Part shown: positions 40,070-51,449 of the stretch, in pieces | How positions within the stretch are numbered: position 1 is the first letter of the stretch | How the letters are laid out: every line of letters starts with the position of its first letter | DNA from: Octopus vulgaris | Taxonomy: Eukaryota | Length of the DNA stretch: 64,000 nucleotides | Assembly: GCA_951406725.2 (NCBI GenBank) | Contig: OX597817.1 | Location: forward strand, 138,074,001-138,138,000 | Reading direction: 5' to 3' | The notes under the pieces: generated by a model | Told to the model about the DNA's origin: nothing | Databases searched by the model: none | The model's input: only the letters and a program-made list of their open reading frames with translations | Position numbers and translations under genes: made by a program

Positions 40070-40740
40070 TGTCCTTGATTAGGGATAACAGAATTAGCAC
40101 AGACCCTTGCACTGGATTAGTGTTAACGGGATTGTCACAGATCCAGAGGTTTCCTTCAAACCCACAGCAGGAAGATAGACGGGTTCTTGATTCTGTTCTA
40201 CGAAAGACAGTTTGGCCACGAACTTTATAGCAAAAAGTTAAACGATTCCATTGATTATTCAGTTTATGTTCGATGTCAGGCTGTTGACATCATGGCTAGA
40301 AGAATCCTTTATTTTGTTTCTTTTTCATTCCGAGTTCAACGCAGAAAACTTGAAATGTCGATGACAGAACGATAAAACTGTTGGTCAACTGAAGAAGTAT
40401 CATTCCTGAAGAATGGAAATATTCAACTTTTCCTTAGTCAAAGCTAAATCCGCTACCATCACCTTGGTCATTCAGATATATCACAGATGTGGGAGCGGGG
40501 GATATTCTTTTTGTATGGAAGCTGTGGGTTGATAGGGTCCTATATCACTACTAGAATGTTGAAAAGGACCAATGTTTATGTCAGATTGTGGCAGATCGGG
40601 GCGGTGGAAATGTAATCCATGGTACGGTACAGATTTCAAGGTCGATTCACATTCTGGAGACTGGAATTTAGATTAATTTCTTTTTGAAACATTCTGTCAT
40701 TTCCATCACAGTTAAATAGCAATCATTGTAATGATTCTTA
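40070..40740 (-). mobile_element. Probable Chapaev-type (CMC) transposase remnant
   Basis: - strand STLKSVPYHGL...PLPHL...VADLALTKEK...GLKET resembles recalled Chapaev3 motifs (SAxRPVPH, PHL..LVRDLxLxK, LKETY). Heavily decayed. Confidence 0.45.
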
Positions 40741-41365
40741 ACTTTACACCTAACCATGGGAACATTAAGTGGTATCATATTTCTTTTCCCATTTACTACA
40801 GCTGTTAACATTATTTTATTACTATGTATGCAACAACAGATATCTGGTGCCCAACTCTTCTCTTCGTCTCCTACACACCAGCCAATTGCTGTATCTATTT
40901 TTTCTCTCTGATGTACACCTGTCTACTTCCGATATAACAAAATATATCATAGGGATTTACACACTGATGTTCACTTATTGATGCCACCCAAAACGATTGT
41001 GAGTGCAAATAAAGCAGTCATTGTACAAACGAAATGCAGAGTTAACTTTACAAAATTTGAATATATTAATGAATAATACAGTTAGCGGAGCGCCCTCTGT
41101 TTAGCCAGGCAGTATATCTCACTACTACATTGCTATACAATAGTAACCTCCCTTAGTTGACAGGAGACAATTCTTTGGATGCAATTACATAAAATCTCGA
41201 TGTGGTGGGCAATTTTAAACAACAATATTATCTGTGAATACTTCCAGTCATCTCAGTAACAACGTCTTTGTTGTAGAATTATCAAATGGCTGTCGGTTCT
41301 ACAACTGTGACAGTAAACGTCGAGAAACATAAACCGTCAACAAGAACGTAATTTCCTATCATGTT

Positions 41366-41721
41366 ACTTACTTGTACTTGTGGCGACATTCACCCTGGGC
41401 AGGTTGAGTCGGCTTCTTCCTTGGAAGAAGTTTCGTGAGAATATGTGGATTTCACAAGCGGTCCCCAACAATCCCGCATGTAGAGACATCCTGTTTGCCG
41501 CAGATTGTCCGCAGACGCAGGGACAGAACGGCCGAGGAGCCGCCGGTTGCCGAAACAGACACTCCGAGGATTTTCACCAGAGCCCCGTCTGCCGGGTTGT
41601 GGCCCTAATACCACTCGGTGTCAGACCAATCCGCCTCGGGTGGCCCTACCAGGTACCGAAGTTCCCGACGGCATAGCTTTGACACTACCCGTTGCCAGCG
41701 TCCCCACCATGGTGACGAGGG
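41366..41721 (-). mobile_element. 356-bp non-autonomous RTE-derived retroposon with TSD
   Basis: 16-bp TSD AATTTCCTATCRTGTT at 41350-41365 and 41722-41737. - strand head with AGCTATGCCG...AGGGCCACCC (RTE 5'-UTR-like); tail CAAGTACAAGTAAGTA. Confidence 0.8.
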
Positions 41722-41932
41722 AATTTCCTATCGTGTTCTCTTTTCTTTTCTTGCCGACATCTTCTCCCTATCATAAATAGGATTTTTCAGGCGCCGACAA
41801 GAGACACCTAACTTCCAGGTTAGGTTTATTCACAGTAATTAACAAAATGATCAGCGGCACGTCATGATTTAGGATGGAATTATTTTTTCTGGGAATGGTA
41901 ATCTCTGCAAATTACACAATTATTGAATGTAT

Positions 41933-41980
<48 letters not shown>

Positions 41981-41999
41981 TGGAGGAGAAACTATGGCA

Positions 42000-43250
42000 T
42001 TTTTTATGCTCCTTTAGTGATATTCGAGGCTCTGTGAGTCCGATTGTTTTCAAGTAGTTTTCCTTACCGTAGCAGGAACCGTCGCGGTTTGTGGTTTCCT
42101 GGAACAACAAACTGTTTCTCGCATGTCTAGATGATCTATCAATCTTATTACTTTTGTTTTGTAATGGTCAACGGCTGTGAATTTCCGGAAACCTGTGACG
42201 ATCAGAAATTCATTGTTTTTTCTTCTTTGTACTTGAGTATTTATGTTATAAAGAAGGAATTTGAGTCCCGGATTATTATAAACCATGATTGCTGTTATCT
42301 GTTGTTTGTACGCTGCTCGTGCTCTTTCTTGTTGACCAAGTTGGATACCTATGTTTAGATTGTTTTGGGTACCTATGTTTAGGTACCTATATTTAAGTAC
42401 CTATATTTAAGTACCTATGTTTAGGTTCTTTTGCCTTCATTATTATCTTTTCTAAATTTACTGTTGTCTGTTCTGTGCGAAGTTGCTAAATGTATTCTTT
42501 GATGTAGTGATGATGTTGTATGTGATGATGTGTCTGGTTTCCAAGGGAATGATGTAGAATCGGAATAGTTGTGCAGCTGTCGGAAGCATGTTTGAAAAGA
42601 TATGTAAGGCCATCCGTGTGTGAAATAGATTTCACAGAGGTGTAAGATGTTCGAGTAGGTGTACATTTAAAAGACGAGGTGAGAGACCAGGGTTTTGCAT
42701 AACTCCAATCGGGGAGAAGTAAAACTAACTCCAGTTTGCTATTTTTGTATATCTTAAAGGTTTTTTGTGATCTAGGACATGGCCTTGTAGCCAAAGTTTT
42801 GTGTTATTTCTTAAATAGGTTTTTGCGTATTTTATCTGAAAGTCAACAAATGAAGATTGAATGAGAAGATTTGCCGATGTGGATGAAGAAGATGCTGACT
42901 CGTGGGTTTCTTGTTATTGTTGTTGAAAATGCTGTGTAATGTTTGTGTAAAGTCGTTAAGAACAAGGTGGGGGATTAAGTGTAGAGATCTGACTCTATGT
43001 TGTGATTTTTCTGAAGATGATGTGTGGGTTATTGCATCAACCATGCATCGTTTTAGAATTCTTCAGGCTTTGTGTAAGAGGATGATGTAATTTTTACCAT
43101 TAACGTGTCTATTGAGTCTCAAAATAGTGATGACTTGAACTGGTTTCTCAATTCTGGCCATTTGTCAGTGTTGATAGGAATAAATATTGGTGAGTGAAAT
43201 TATTCCATGCCCGTTTGATGTGTTTTCAATGTTTCTTTGATGCTGTGAGA
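42000..43250 (-). mobile_element. Decayed Penelope-like element 3' region
   Basis: A/C-rich - strand with decayed GIY-YIG-region peptides (...FQTCFRQLHN..., FKHAS...). Internal 14-bp tandem GTACCTATRTTTAR at ~42345-42425. Confidence 0.5.
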
Positions 43251-44289
43251 TGCTGAAGTCTCTCAGATGGAAAACTTCCAAATTAACCTCAACTCGGTTG
43301 GTCAATCAGCTCAAATTAGCTGCTAGATCTACTGAAGTCCACAGTACCGTCTTGAAGACAGAATATACTAAATTCACTGTCCTGAATATAATGGTGAGAG
43401 GCCCATAGCGAGACGTAAGTACCAGTTACATACACGTGTCAATTCACAGAGCTATTCACTCTGACTTCAAATGTACTTTCTGTTTGCAAATATCGGTTTT
43501 TGATTGGCTGAATGAGGCATCATTGTGTTGGACCTGGAGTATATTTACGAAAAATCAAGAGTATGTTTATGAAAGACAAGAAGTCTTTTGAGGAAAGAAA
43601 TGGTTTGGTTCATGAAAGACTACGAGCATATAACTGGTACTTATTTTAGTGGATAAAAATTTTAGTTGAATGTGTCAAGATTTGAACTCATAACCTACAG
43701 AAACAAATCTAAATACTGCAAGACATCTGGTGCTAGTGTTCGCTTTAAAGAGAGAGATTAACCAGTACAAGGCCATTTAGTTCAATATCTTAGTATTTCT
43801 GGCAACTTGTATCTGCATTTGATCTTCTTCAAAGGAATCGATATTTCGTTAATCGATATGAATAACAGTTATCTAATTACAGATTGTGAACAATCTCGTT
43901 TTAATAACATTTACTCTCTGACCCCTTCATTCACAGCCGATAATTTAAAACAGTGCGCGATACACAGAAACCAATTTACTCAGCTACGTGGAACAACTAA
44001 TTACTGAGCGTCAATCAACTGACTCGTTTAGTTTTTATATATAAATACGAAGCGTGTTTATCTCAAAATCTTCAGTGAATTATACTGCAAGAAAATTAAC
44101 GAACCTATTAAGATAATGTGATGTTCGCCTGTGTTTATGTATGTGTCTCATTAGCGACAGAATGAAATGATATAACCAACAAAGGGAAGGTATTACAGAG
44201 TAACTTGGAAGGTCGAGGTTTCGAACTAGAGAATTTCTGTTCTTAACTCCAACTAGTAAGACATTCATAGAATCAGGTAAACAATCAAA

Positions 44290-46068
44290 ATTCATCCTGG
44301 TAAGATGAGAAATTGGAAGGCAGCTTGTCTGGAGATAGTGCAGGATTTTTTGTTCAAGGGTTTGACGAATTTACATCCAAAGCTACAAAAACCCCTGCAA
44401 GGAATTATACCAGAATGGATGGTCAAAGGAAGAACTCGGCTGGTTCTGAAGACCCATCCAAGGGTGCCAGAGACCGTAAGTATCGTCTCAATGCTTATTT
44501 ACCAATGTTATAGAAACTTCTAACTGGGAAATATATTGTACGACCATCTTGAAAGAAATGAACTGTTAGCAGATGATCAGAAAGGCTGCAGAAAGGGATC
44601 ACAAGGCGAAAAGGACCAGTTGATGATTGATCAGGCAATTTTGAGGAACTGTCGAAGTAGGTTTACAAACCTATCAATGGCTTGAATTGATTATAAGAAG
44701 GCATATGATATGGTTCATCACTCTGAAATGCCTAGAGATGGTCGAGGTAGCAAAAACTTTGTTTATCTGTTTATTCCAAAATAGTATGAGAAATTGGAAG
44801 ACAGTTTTGGTTGCAGGTGGAAGAGAGGTTGGACAAGTCGACATCAAGAGAGAAAACTTTCAAGGAGACGTGGTGTCACCCTTACTGTTTATTTCTTTCT
44901 TTATTGCCCACAAGAGGCTAAACATAGTGGGGACAAACAAGAACAGACAAAGGGATTAAGTCGATTATATCGACCCCAGTGCATAACTGGTACTTATTTA
45001 ATCGACCCCGAAAGGATGAAAGGCAAAGACCTTGGCGGAATTTGAACTCACAACGTAACGGCAGGCGAAATACCGCTAAGCATTTCGCCCAGCGCGCTAA
45101 CGTTTCTACCAGCTCGCCGCCTTTACTCTTTATTTTGTGTATGTTACTGCTCTCCATGCTTTTCAGAAAGATGAGAGCTAGTTACAAGCTATGGAAAAAT
45201 ATGTGACCAATCAATCATCTGGTTTTCAGGGATGATTTAAATCTTTACAGGGGCAGCAGTAGTCAATTGGATTCCTTTATTCAGTCTGTACGAATTTTCT
45301 CTCAAGACATCCAGATGGCATTTGGTATAGAGAAATACGCTGTTATTGAACTAAGGACAGGGCTCAAAATAGTATAACTTCTAGATGGTGAGCGGATGAG
45401 AGAAGTGAACGGAGAGAGTTACAAGTTTCTTTGTGTTATACAACTAGATCAGATGCTGAATGTGAAGATGAAGGAGAAAATTTCTCCTGAATATTCCAGA
45501 AGAGTTCGAAAGTTATGTAGGTCTAAATTAAACGCAAGGAACTTGATTAGAGGTATTAAACTTAAGCTGTAGATGTGAAGAACTTGTCAAAATGGATAGA
45601 AAAACTAAGAAAGCAATGGCTATGCATGGATGCCTTCATACAAGAAGTAGCAAAGCTTTATTTATGAAGGAAGGAGGGAGAAAAACGAAGGTTGGAATAG
45701 AAGATAGTGCTGTGAAGTAAATCAAGTCCTTACATGCCTATCTGAGGAATGGCGATGAAAGAGTGTAGCAGGTTGCTCTGAGTGAGAGAAGGTGATCAGT
45801 GACCATGGTGATACCCTCCCTTCCCCCCAGGAGTACAATATGAAGATTAATAGTGAAAAAAAATCATCAAGTGGAAAGAGAAAGTTTTACATTAAGAGTT
45901 TTTCCAACAAACAGTCGATGAAGCCGATGAAAAATCCTGGAGATGATTGAGACGGGGTTTTTTAAAGAAGGAAACAGAAGGACTGATTCTTACTTAATGT
46001 GTAGCATTGATAAGACAGCAGTATCACCTTTGTGTAGACTCTGTGGAAAATCATCTGAGGCAGTAATG
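44290..46068 (+). mobile_element. R4/Dong-like non-LTR element (RT to CCHC), decayed, split by a SINE
   Basis: PEWMVKGRTRLV, DQKGCRKGSQGEKDQLMID, IDYKKAYDMVHH, FQGDVVSPLLFI, NHLVFRDDLNLY, LKKETEGLI and CRLCG. Confidence 0.9.
44894..45121 (-). mobile_element. SINE family A, full length, inserted in an RT motif
   Basis: Full head to tail type 1. 13-bp TSD CTTACTGTTTATT (44881-44893) / TTTACTCTTTATT (45122-45134). Confidence 0.9.
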
Positions 46069-46070
46069 CA

Positions 46071-46220
46071 AACGAGGGTGAGTCAAAAAGTTTAGGACAA
46101 GTATAATTACCAACACAGGAACATGTATCATACATCAAAATGAAGCTGGTCCTCTCTGGATCACATCCCTACTTCTCAGCACAGTCACCGTTTCTCTCAA
46201 TATCAATGTTCCACCTTCAA
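46071..46220. mobile_element. mariner terminal fragment
   Basis: ACGAGGGTGAGTCAAAAAGTT resembles a mariner TIR, followed by the reverse complement of a transposase C-terminus (..NGDCAEK*). Confidence 0.5.
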
Positions 46221-46221
46221 A

Positions 46222-46368
46222 TGAAGAAGAAGAAGAAGAAGAAGAAGAAGAAGGAGGAGAAGAAGAAGAAGGAGGAGGAGGAGGAGGAGGAGGAGGAGGA
46301 GGAGAAGAAGAAGAAGAAGAAGAAGAAGAAGAAGAAGAAGAAGAAGAAGAAGAAGAAGAAGAAGAAGA
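46222..46368. repeat. (GAA)n/(GAG)n polypurine microsatellite
   Basis: Direct reading; source of the poly-K/E and poly-L ORFs. Confidence 0.97.
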
Positions 46369-46391
46369 GGTATGGCACTCGAAGTTTTATA

Positions 46392-46480
46392 GGACATACA
46401 CGTGTTCCATCAAAATGCCGAAATAATTACGTAACAGTACTAGAAATATGTAGCCATAAACTTTAACTCATCAGTGTTCC
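46392..46480 (-). ncRNA. Minimal type I hammerhead motif, core GAAA mutated to GGAA
   Basis: - strand: GGAACA CUGAUGA GUUAAAG...UUUUGAU GGAAC ACGU GUA UGUCC. Stem I GG(A)ACA/UGUCC; palindromic stem III ACACGUGU. Confidence 0.6.
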
Positions 46481-46986
46481 ACAATAAATACGTGTCGCAC
46501 TTTACTGTGGGTGTGTGTGTTTGTGGGGGGGCGTGTGTTTCTTCCGGATGTGACTTTGACAGGAAGTGATCCAGGCGCTAGGGTTTCAACGCCACATCCT
46601 CTGTGACCCAGGGTGAAGGACATAGACAGTAGCAGTCGTTGAAATGGCAACGGAGTGCCACTGCAGTTCCGTGGTACCACCTTACGCTGCTCCTCTGGTG
46701 TTGCCCTCCTCTTCCGGCACTTCCAATGTTATTATCTACAACCATTTGTCCTATTTTGGGACCGTTGTGAGTTCTCGGCCCTACTAGACTCCCAACGACA
46801 TCTCTCTTGATTTTACTCAATCATATTAGCCTAACCACAAGAACAAGGGATGTCGATATGAACAGAACATGGTGGAGTAAAAATAGGGCTCAATACAAAA
46901 AAATAGAGTTATTTAAAATATTTACTGATAGTTAAAAACTTCATACACTTTCAGCACCCAATAAATATACCCTCCAATAAACACAC

Positions 46987-47037
<51 letters not shown>

Positions 47038-47053
47038 GTCGTGTTGCATTTTC

Positions 47054-47153
47054 TTGAAAGCACGGGTTCTCGTCCGATCACCGAAGTGAAGCAAGGTCGA
47101 AACTAGTGAATACTTAGATGGGTGACCGCTTGGGAAACCTAGGTGCTGTAAGC
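47054..47153 (+). pseudogene. 5S rRNA-derived sequence (pseudogene or SINE3 head)
   Basis: TTGAAAGCACGGGTTCTCGTCCGATCACCGAAGTGAAGCAAGGTCGA...TACTTAGATGGGTGACCGCTTGGGAA...GGTGCTGTAAGC is colinear with metazoan 5S rRNA (A box, C box). The 5' ~18 nt is decayed and there is no T-run terminator. Confidence 0.9.
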
Positions 47154-47982
47154 GTCCCCAGCATCAAACTCCCCCATTGACCAAATGCCAGATATCAGAG
47201 GAGGTTCCAAATAATGGTGAAGCTCAGTCAACGGTGGAGCTCCAGTATGACCACAGCTTTGCAGCTGAAACATTTTAAAATAGTGAAATAGTGAATACGA
47301 AAAACCTGCTGTACCAATAATTGTAGATTTGTGAAGTCTGTGAGCGACAAAAACCAAATCTTTATGTCTTGCAGTCAGTTTTAAGCATGAAGAAATTAAT
47401 ATTTCAGCTTGAAAATAGCAAGAATATTCTGGAGACGTAGAATCTCGTATTTTGTAGTGGAATCGTCAAAGTGAGGTGTGTATGCTTGAGGGTGGAGGAG
47501 GCTTCTTGTATGCATCCGTATGCATGCGGTTGTGTATGTTTTTGTGTGTGCGAATTTGTTTGTCTGACGAAAGCGAAACTGGATGTGATTATGGAAGAGT
47601 TAACCACAAACGAAACAAACAGTTATACATTTATGTGTCGATGTACGAAAGCAAATATATATATAAACTGTTATCTTTGTGATGATCATAGCTATGGAAC
47701 AGGTTTAGAAGCTATGCACGTGTGTGTTTGTGAGTGTGTGTGTGTGCTGATGTGTATGTGAATGAGCTGCGATGTTAGTGTGTGTTGATATGCGTTTGTG
47801 TGTGTAAGTTTGTGAAAGCGCGCGTGTGTATGTGTGTGTATATATCATATATGTGTGCGCATGTGTGAACGAAAGCGAAAGAAAAATTACGAATTAAACT
47901 GAACGAGAAAGAGAGAGATAGAGAGAGTGACAGAAAAGAGAGATAAAAGAAGAGGAATTGAGAGAAAGTACGTGAAAGCATA

Positions 47983-48067
<85 letters not shown>

Positions 48068-48475
48068 AAGAGAGAGAAATAGTATAAATAGAAGGAAAGA
48101 GAGAAGGAGAGAAAGCATTACAAAATATGATAAAAAGAGTCTCCATGTTGCGTGTATAAATATTTTTTTACGCGTGACTAGCTGTGTTGCCATAGTTGCG
48201 TGCTTGTAAGTTAGTGGACTCTTTGAAGAATTGAAGAATTCGAAAAGGTTAGTCTCCGTTAAATTTTATTACCAACTTTGAAAATGGAAATGGTTAGGCA
48301 AGCGAACAGCATCAATGTCGCTGATAGCAACGATAAGCTTGAGAAAGAGTGAAGAGAGTTTATTAAACACGCATGAAGACTGCCGAGCGCTCCAAACTGA
48401 AGCGGAGACTTACGAAAAGACACAGATTATTCAGTACCAGACACATTCGGTTCCATATACAATTTGTACGCATGC

Positions 48476-48511
<36 letters not shown>

Positions 48512-48647
48512 GAGAGAGAGACAGAGAGACAGAAAGAGAGACAGACAGACAGACAGAAAGAGAATGAGAGAGTTTGTAAGTGTGCTTCTAAATATATATT
48601 TTATATCTATGCTTACAAATGCAAACATGTATATAAGTATGTATATG

Positions 48648-48679
<32 letters not shown>

Positions 48680-48844
48680 TGTATGTATGTATGTATGTAT
48701 GTATGTGTGCGTGTACTTGCGTATGTGTGTGTGTGTATATGTAAGAGAATTATGTGCATGCTTATAGATACAAAGATATGTGCATGCGTGCTTATAAATA
48801 TGCTTGTACATACAACCGCAGGTGTGTGTGTGTGTGTGTGTGCT

Positions 48845-48905
<61 letters not shown>

Positions 48906-49065
48906 AGAAACGAATGAGAACTCAGTGAAAGACGAATTCTAAGAAGTTGATCCATTCGCTTTCTCTTCGGCAGACTCTACTCTTACAGTTGTTCTGTTGC
49001 TGTTTCTGCTGCCGTTCCTTGTTGTTGTTGTTTATGATGTCGTTATTGTTGTTGCTGTTGCTGTT

Positions 49066-49440
49066 TGTCTGTTTGCTGAGCGAAGCAGTCTTCCTCCCAG
49101 TGTAGTGGGAGAAATCCGAAACGTAGTCCTTTGCTATTCGTAAGACCCGCAGAAGAGAAAGCAGGCCAACCCCCGACACCGAGAGCATCAACGGATGGAT
49201 GAATGCGCATCCAGGCTCAGCGGTTGCGTAGGAAGTCGGGGACAAGAAACAGGAAGAAAGGGTGAGAGAAAGTTGGAGCGAAAGAGTGCAACAGGGGTCG
49301 CCACCACCCCCTGTCGGAGCCTCGTGGAGCTTTAGGTGTTTTCGCTCAATAAACACACACAACGCCCGGTCTGGGAATCGAAACCGCGATCCTCCGACCG
49401 CGAGTCCGCTGCCCTAACCACTGGGCCATTACGCCTCCAC
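49066..49440 (-). mobile_element. SINE family C head with a different 3' tail
   Basis: 49247-49440 matches 27350-27541; the remaining ~180 bp is unrelated to the tail of the first copy. Confidence 0.88.
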
Positions 49441-49579
49441 TTGCTGTTGTTCCGTAGTCCCAATCAGTTTTCATCTGGCTATGATATCCAAGTAGTTTTT
49501 TGTCATGCAGCCTCAGAGGTCAGCCCTGATCGGTGTCGACAATCGATGTCGAAGCCCCTTTTTCTCTAGTTACACCAGA

Positions 49580-49790
49580 CCTCCGTTTTCCAGAGGAGGA
49601 CACACTATACACCAACATACAGTAGTCAAACAAGAGATGTTATGATGTACATACTGCACTCTCTCCACTCTCCAGTCCATTTCTGTACATCTTCAGTGGT
49701 GGCCACATCAGATGCGGAAACAGTAGACCCAGTCAAAGTGAAACGATCCATATTCCTCTTTAATGTCAGTTGGTGACGATGTACATCAAA
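49580..49790 (-). mobile_element. RTE-like RT fragment
   Basis: - strand MDRFTLTGSTVSASDVATTEDVQK resembles VDxFTYLGSxV. Confidence 0.45.
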
Positions 49791-49837
49791 ACAAAACGTT
49801 TACAACCAGGAATTATCATGTATAATTATTTGCCAAT

Positions 49838-49930
49838 TGGCGCTGGCGTGGCTGTGTGGTAAGAAGCTTGCTTCCCAACTACATGCTTCTGGGTTCAGTC
49901 CCACCGAGTGGTACCTTGAGCAACTGTCTT
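49838..49930 (+). mobile_element. SINE family B head
   Basis: GGCGCTGGCGTGGCTGTGTGGTAAGAAGCTTGCTTCCCAAC...GGGTTCAGTCCCAC. Confidence 0.85.
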
Positions 49931-51040
49931 CGGATCTTTTCACTTTGACCGGCAGATTTTTAAAATAATTTCTTTGTAACTAAACACTTTTAAACTTCGT
50001 ATACTGGTAGAATGTGTCACATAAAACATCTTTTTCTCTTGGCGTTCTTGAGAAAATTCTGTAGTTTGTAAGCTATCTGTTGTTAAATTTGTTGCATTTC
50101 GGCAATTTCAACCAATCAAGGATGTCTATTGAAGTGAATGCAATTACTGCTGTTGTTTGTCAACAAGTTCAACAAGAACTTCCGGCAGTGTATATTTCGT
50201 CTAAGAAACAGATTGAAATGTATCGTCTGCGTGAGGTTGTAGAAAATTGGGAGGATTAAAGGTCGACGTCTGACTCCATGTTGTGATTTACAAAAGGGAA
50301 TAAGTGGTGAAGTAATGTCTGAGAATGCAGATAAGGGAATAACGAGTCTGACTGTTACTTCCGTTGGACTTCATATTTTCAATTTGGTTCTAAATATGAC
50401 AGCGTTGGTATAAGCAGGTGTAAATTATGGTAAATGCGGTGATTCTTTCTGGTGTCTTTCGGATTGTGTTGTCTGGTGATGACACTGTTAAACTTTCAGA
50501 TTTCCCCGCTTCTTTTCCGATGTCTGACGAAAGAGAGTTTTCAAAATTGCGAGCAAAGTAGAAAGTATGTTTTGTGTTTCTGTCCACTTTGTGCGGGTTT
50601 TTGGAGGCTGACTTTCAAGAAATATTAAATAAGAAAATTTGCTTGGCTACAGAGCCTTCTTACTGCAATATGAAGAGTGTTGTGACCGTTGTTGTCATCG
50701 TCGCCATCCTTGCCGTGGTTTTTTTCTTTCTAATTACTCAATCCAGTGGTTTACTTCTAAGTTTTCTTGTTCATGGTGGATACAAAAATCTTACCAGTTT
50801 TGTTTGCTTCCAGATTGTTCTTTGGTTTAATTTTGTTCTTTATTTTGTTGTTTAATGTTTTATTTTGTTTCAGTTGTTTAAGGTTTTTGTGTTTAAGATT
50901 ATCTCCGAGTTTATGAGCTTCGTGATTTTTACTTTACAATTCTGGTTGTATCATTATGTTGCCTTGTGGGATATAATAAAGGCGTCTGTAATTATTTTCT
51001 TAGTTTTGTGGTAATACCGTTTCCTTGCCTCATATTAAAA
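49930..51040 (-). mobile_element. Decayed Penelope-like element 3' part
   Basis: Composition and decayed peptide traces (YCSKK..., KLSFVRHRK) resemble the PLE linker/GIY-YIG region and 3' terminus. Confidence 0.45.
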
Positions 51041-51357
51041 ACAGACGGCAATCATAGACAATGCAGGGAATGTATTTTTATACGAGATACTTATTATATT
51101 TCCCAAGAAACAGAGTTTCCTTGCAGTTATTAATAATAACCACATTAGATAGAGATGCAAATATCAGGAGGCCTTCGGTGAAATATTAATTTTGCTAAGT
51201 AAATTCTGAATGTGGATGAATATGGAATATATTACGGCATAAGAAAAATATACGCTGCCGAAATAAGAAATTTGCCTCACAAAATGGAAAGCTATGTGCA
51301 ACACACAAAACGTGAATGTTATCAATACAAATAGACAGACAGACAGACAGACTGATT

Positions 51358-51435
<78 letters not shown>

Positions 51436-51449
51436 GATTATTTGCTAAC

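Noticed and set aside
46140-46466. Poly-K/E ORF
   Set aside because: It is a translation of the (GAA/GAG)n tract.
47054-47153. Functional 5S rRNA gene
   Set aside because: The 5' end is decayed, there are several substitutions, no terminator and no array.
47561-47628. CTGACGA...CGAAAC possible hammerhead
   Set aside because: The base of stem II does not pair and stem III is not palindromic; at best a heavily decayed motif.
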